This document shows, piece by piece, positions 58,654-62,000 of a stretch of DNA of 62,000 bases. Numbering within the stretch: position 1 is the first letter of the stretch; every line of letters begins with the position of its first letter. This stretch comes from Wallemia ichthyophaga EXF-994. Taxonomy: Eukaryota; Fungi; Basidiomycota. The DNA lies in contig NW_008806278.1 in the NCBI RefSeq assembly GCF_000400465.1, positions 322,592-384,591 of the forward strand, read 5' to 3'. Under the pieces are notes generated by a model. That model had not been told where the DNA came from and searched no databases. It saw only the letters and a list, made by a program, of their open reading frames with translations. Position numbers and translations under genes: made by a program.

Positions 58654-59484
58654 ATGCACGTCTTCCCGGGAGACAGCATAGACGTTCCCAGTACATCCAG
58701 CGCTGTAGCTGGCATACACACCACGCGTACTACAGGTGCTATCAGTACACGAGCAGGCGTCCTCAGCAGTGGCGGTGGCGATGGCGGCAGAAACGATATT
58801 GACATGGATACGGACAGGAAAAAGACTAGACCGCACATACACGTCGCAGAACAGCGGAGAGTGGGTGTGCGTGTATATCTTTCTGACCAAGTAGCTCACC
58901 GTCGCACAAGTACCTCGCCTGCACGCACGACAGCGTTATCGGACAAGTGATATTCAGGGGCGCGGACGGCTACAGAGTCGACGTGGGCTCAGCCTCCACG
59001 GCTAACCTCGATGCACTCGCTTTCGAAGGAGCCACCAAGCGCAATAAGCCGAATCTCAAGGTGAGTGGGCAGTTGAGTCGTGAGTTGGTCAATTGCTGAC
59101 TCCACTGCGCTATTCTCCCAGGTCGGCTCACTGGTTTATGCTCGCATCAGTCTCGCTCATAGGGATATGGAGACTGAACTCGAATGTCTCAACCCTGCTA
59201 CAGGTAAAGCAGAGGGTTATGGAGAGCTCAAAGGTGGCCTGCTCGCTGATAATCTTAACATTAACTTGTGTAAATCCCTTCTGGAGAAAAATAGCTCACT
59301 GATGAACTCACTCATGAACGCTTTCAACTTCCCTTTCGAATTGGCTACAGGTGTTAATGGTAAGGTTTGGATAGGCGCTCCTTCCCCTTCCCAAGTCATT
59401 GCTGTGTATCGCACCATACTTAGAGCTGACAGGGAGGGCGTCCATGTTCTCACTGAGGACTGGTTCGCAGAGTTGGACGAGTAA
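58654..59484 (+). CDS. RRP40: Exosome cap subunit Rrp40, two introns
   Basis: MHVFPGD, RR|Y....DSVIGQV, YRVDVG, LDALAFEGATKRNKPNLK|VGSLVYARI, ELEC, GYGELKGG, ELATGVNGKVWI. Confidence 0.92.
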
Positions 59485-59657
59485 AACGACGCGAATCGCA
59501 AATAATATATGTTGAATACAATACATGATAAGTTATTTATAAGCATATGTCATTACATTGATCAATTGATGATTGATGATTCATGTTATGTGAAAATAGT
59601 CCAGTTGAGTGATGAGGTAGTATAGTAATCCGAATTTGAGCTGCTAAAAAGACTCAT

Positions 59658-60915
59658 TCAATAGTATACATTGTAATTGAATTGAGGCTCGCTCTTGGGG
59701 TAGACGTATCCATCGTCGTAGAGCAGCTGTTGCATCGCGTTTGCAGCTTGCATTGTGCCATCGCTCGCCTTGTATGGTGATGTAGTCGTAGGTGACAGTG
59801 ACGCCATGTAGTTGGATGATGGCGTCATCGTAGGTGTCATTGTTGGCGTGACCGGGTCAGACAAAGGCGTCAAGCTTCCGCTGTGAGGTCCCATTTCGAT
59901 GCTTGAAGACATACCCATGTTAGCGGGCATTTGCATGTTGGTTGGCAATAATCCGAGTGAGTTTGAAGCTGAGTTGTGAGCAATCCCATTTGAATTCTCC
60001 ATTGAGTTCTCTACAACACCGCCCAAATTGTAATCGTTGAGTAATGAGCCATCAATCCCCATACTCAAATCGCTCACAAGCCAATCGTCGAACTGCTGCT
60101 GCTGTGGTGCAGGGAGTAGCGCTTCGAATTCGATCGGTGAGGAGTATTGTGAGTAGTTTGGTGTTGGATATCCGTAGTATTGTGGGTGAAATTGATGTTG
60201 CTGTTGATCTTGCTGTTGTTGTTTCTGTTGTTGTTGTTGTTGTTGTTGTTGCTGCTGTGTGATCACACCAGTGCTCTTTCGGCGACTGTGCTCCACCGCA
60301 CTAACGCTCTTTGGAAGGTGTGTGCGGGTAAAAGCAGTCTTAGTATCTGCCTCTGAGTAAGATCTCTTCTTTCTCTCTGTGGAAGCACCACGCTGTAATT
60401 GCTGCTGCTGTTGCTGTTGCTTCTTGGGCACTTTCTTGTGGATAAGCGAAGGGTGTGGCAGGTATCCTCTCCTAATATCTGGGTGGCTGTATACGAACAG
60501 ATCACTAAAACTTCTGATTGGATTATTGGGGTTGCATGTACACTCTGATTCTGTCTTAAGCGAGTAGTTGGCTGCACTCCTCTGCCACGCGTCCCACCTA
60601 TCGCTTGTTTGTCCGCTCTTGCTGTTTACTGGCTGGATATCTTTGAGATACTCGATGAATTGCGTCTGCAGATGTCAGTGCCTGTACACCTCCACAACCC
60701 AGTTACCCACTCTGTTTATCACTATGCAGTTGCCTGAGCAGCAGAAATCAATCCCTGAGTGCTGTGTCTTGAGTGCACAATACAGTCTTGGTATCCATGT
60801 ACGCTTCGCTGTGCTCTGATAGAAATAGAATTTAATTAGTATTATGCAGTGTGCGTGAATTAGTACCACTCACTAATCCAGTCGCTGGGTCAACTCTCAT
60901 CCTTGATGCAGGCAT
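59658..60915 (-). CDS. Divergent HSF-type (winged-helix) transcription factor, 384 aa, three exons, polyQ and P/S/T/M-rich activation-like tail
   Basis: Exons 60915-60874, 60815-60711 and 60665-59658, all phase 0 GT-AG. Translation includes WIPRLYCAL..IDFCCSGNCIVINRTQF..RWDAWQRSAANYSLKT..FVYSHPDIRRG..IHKK. Confidence 0.65.
60196..60257 (-). repeat. Coding CAA/CAG microsatellite (polyQ)
   Basis: (tgt)n/(tgc)n run on + strand. A second short polyQ lies at ~60398-60421. Confidence 0.9.
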
Positions 60916-61688
60916 TTTCTTGTTTTTCAATCTTGTAATTGTAAGTTGATTGCGTTTAAGAAACCATCAGTTCGATCAGCGGGCAGACCTTTTATGGAGC
61001 GCATCTAAAACATGGCAGAGTTGCCCAGATTCAGGGCACCGTTGAAAAATAGGGGTCTCACCTTCAACCCCGGCCGCTGCCCTAATTAACCTGGGCCGAT
61101 GAGTAAATTCTATTTGGCCTAGGGGCAGTTTTTATGCATGGATGAGCAGGGGTAAGGGGCCGTGGTGAGGTTGAGTGGTTTGAGCGCAAATTCCCCCCCA
61201 ATACAGCTAAAGCCCGCGAATTAATCTCCCGCCACTCTTAAATATTCAATAAAAGCTTATTCTCCACATGACTAACAACTCTAATTTAATAAACCTTATT
61301 CTTGTCTCTCCCTGCCGTGCATATCGCTTGCAAATTTTTCACGCCGCTTTTGGAAGGTGTACAAAACGCAAATAGAAGGTATTGAATGCATCAGAGGATG
61401 TGAAACGAGGTTATTTCAGTCGATCATTTCTTTTTCCGCTCTCTTTCCAAACACCCTCAAACGCACCCTCAAATGAAAATATTCCCAACTTTGGTCGGCA
61501 TGCATGTCATCATAGGTGCTGTCGCCGGGGCATACCTTAACCATAAGGCTGCAACACCAACGTAAATCCATAGCCTTTTGCACAATTCGCTTACAACAAG
61601 TCACAGTGCACTCCCTCTCTCTGCTCACAGGGGACGTGCGAGCGTCGATCAGAGCTGCGATGCACACAAAGCGGAGCTCACGCAAGCA

Positions 61689-62000
61689 ATGGATGAGGCA
61701 GAAGTGTTGCTATCGATTACAAAGTAGTAAGTAGAACAGAACGCAACTAGACGTATGTTTCAAATCTTAACTCGCATAGTCATCTAAGCGACGCCAATCT
61801 GCTGAAGCAATATTTCGGAAATTATGGCAATGCCACGCCGAATCCAGTGGAGACCATAAAGGTGGGTGGAAGGAGATACATACTACACTCATATACTAAA
61901 ATTATCTCCCATCCAGCAAATGAGCCTTTATGATGCAAGTTACGCGAGCAGCGGCCAACCGCGCGAGAGCTGCAGTGATCCGCGTAAGACACATCTTTAT
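61689..62000 (+). CDS. 5' part of a possible spliced hypothetical gene, truncated by the window end
   Basis: ATG 61689, GTAAGT...TAG intron 61727-61779 and GTGGGT...CAG intron ~61860-61917 give an open MDEAEVLLSITKYHLSDANLLKQYFGNYGNATPNPVETIKQMSLYDASY... No family recognised. Confidence 0.35.

Noticed and set aside
61416-61734. Short ORFs on both strands near the window end
   Set aside because: Non-ATG starts, no motifs; more likely promoter sequence for the flanking divergent genes.

Overview
Eukaryotic DNA from a very compact fungal genome. It carries about 36 spliced protein-coding genes in 62 kb, with 40-60 nt introns (GTGAGT/GTAAGT/GTGGGT donors, CTAAC/CTGAC/CTCAC branch sites) and tiny intergenic gaps. 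Protein content looks basidiomycete. A xerophilic/halophilic Wallemia species is my best guess from compactness and the Hog1-like kinase; this is inference and was not checked. Most genes are housekeeping: SDR, Mpv17/SYM1, SPA2, PXR1, GAS2-domain protein, DHA1 MFS, MRPS5, HOG1, TPS2, PCMT, Zn2Cys6 TF, CDF Zn transporter, SEC62, HAP2, MSH5, SET6, AKR, AIP1, SPC34, SOS7, UTP20, MRN1/Nrd1, PEF1, SFC1, RRP40. I saw no rRNA, tRNA, CRISPR array or recognisable transposon. The most interesting signals are: (1) a metazoan-type BRF2-like TFIIB-family factor; (2) a spliced, highly divergent HSF-type transcription factor whose DNA-binding domain is invisible in the ORF track; (3) a 198-nt GC-AG intron in PEF1 with a 171-nt AG-free tract that is open in frame and would insert a hydrophobic segment; (4) four head-to-head gene pairs with start codons only 22-34 nt apart, one joining two kinetochore genes across MCB boxes; (5) a start codon split by an intron (AT|G); (6) a hidden 73-aa spliced microprotein; (7) an F-box/LRR pseudogene beside an intact F-box gene. 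Gene models and splice sites were read by eye and family assignments come from remembered motifs. No database search was run.
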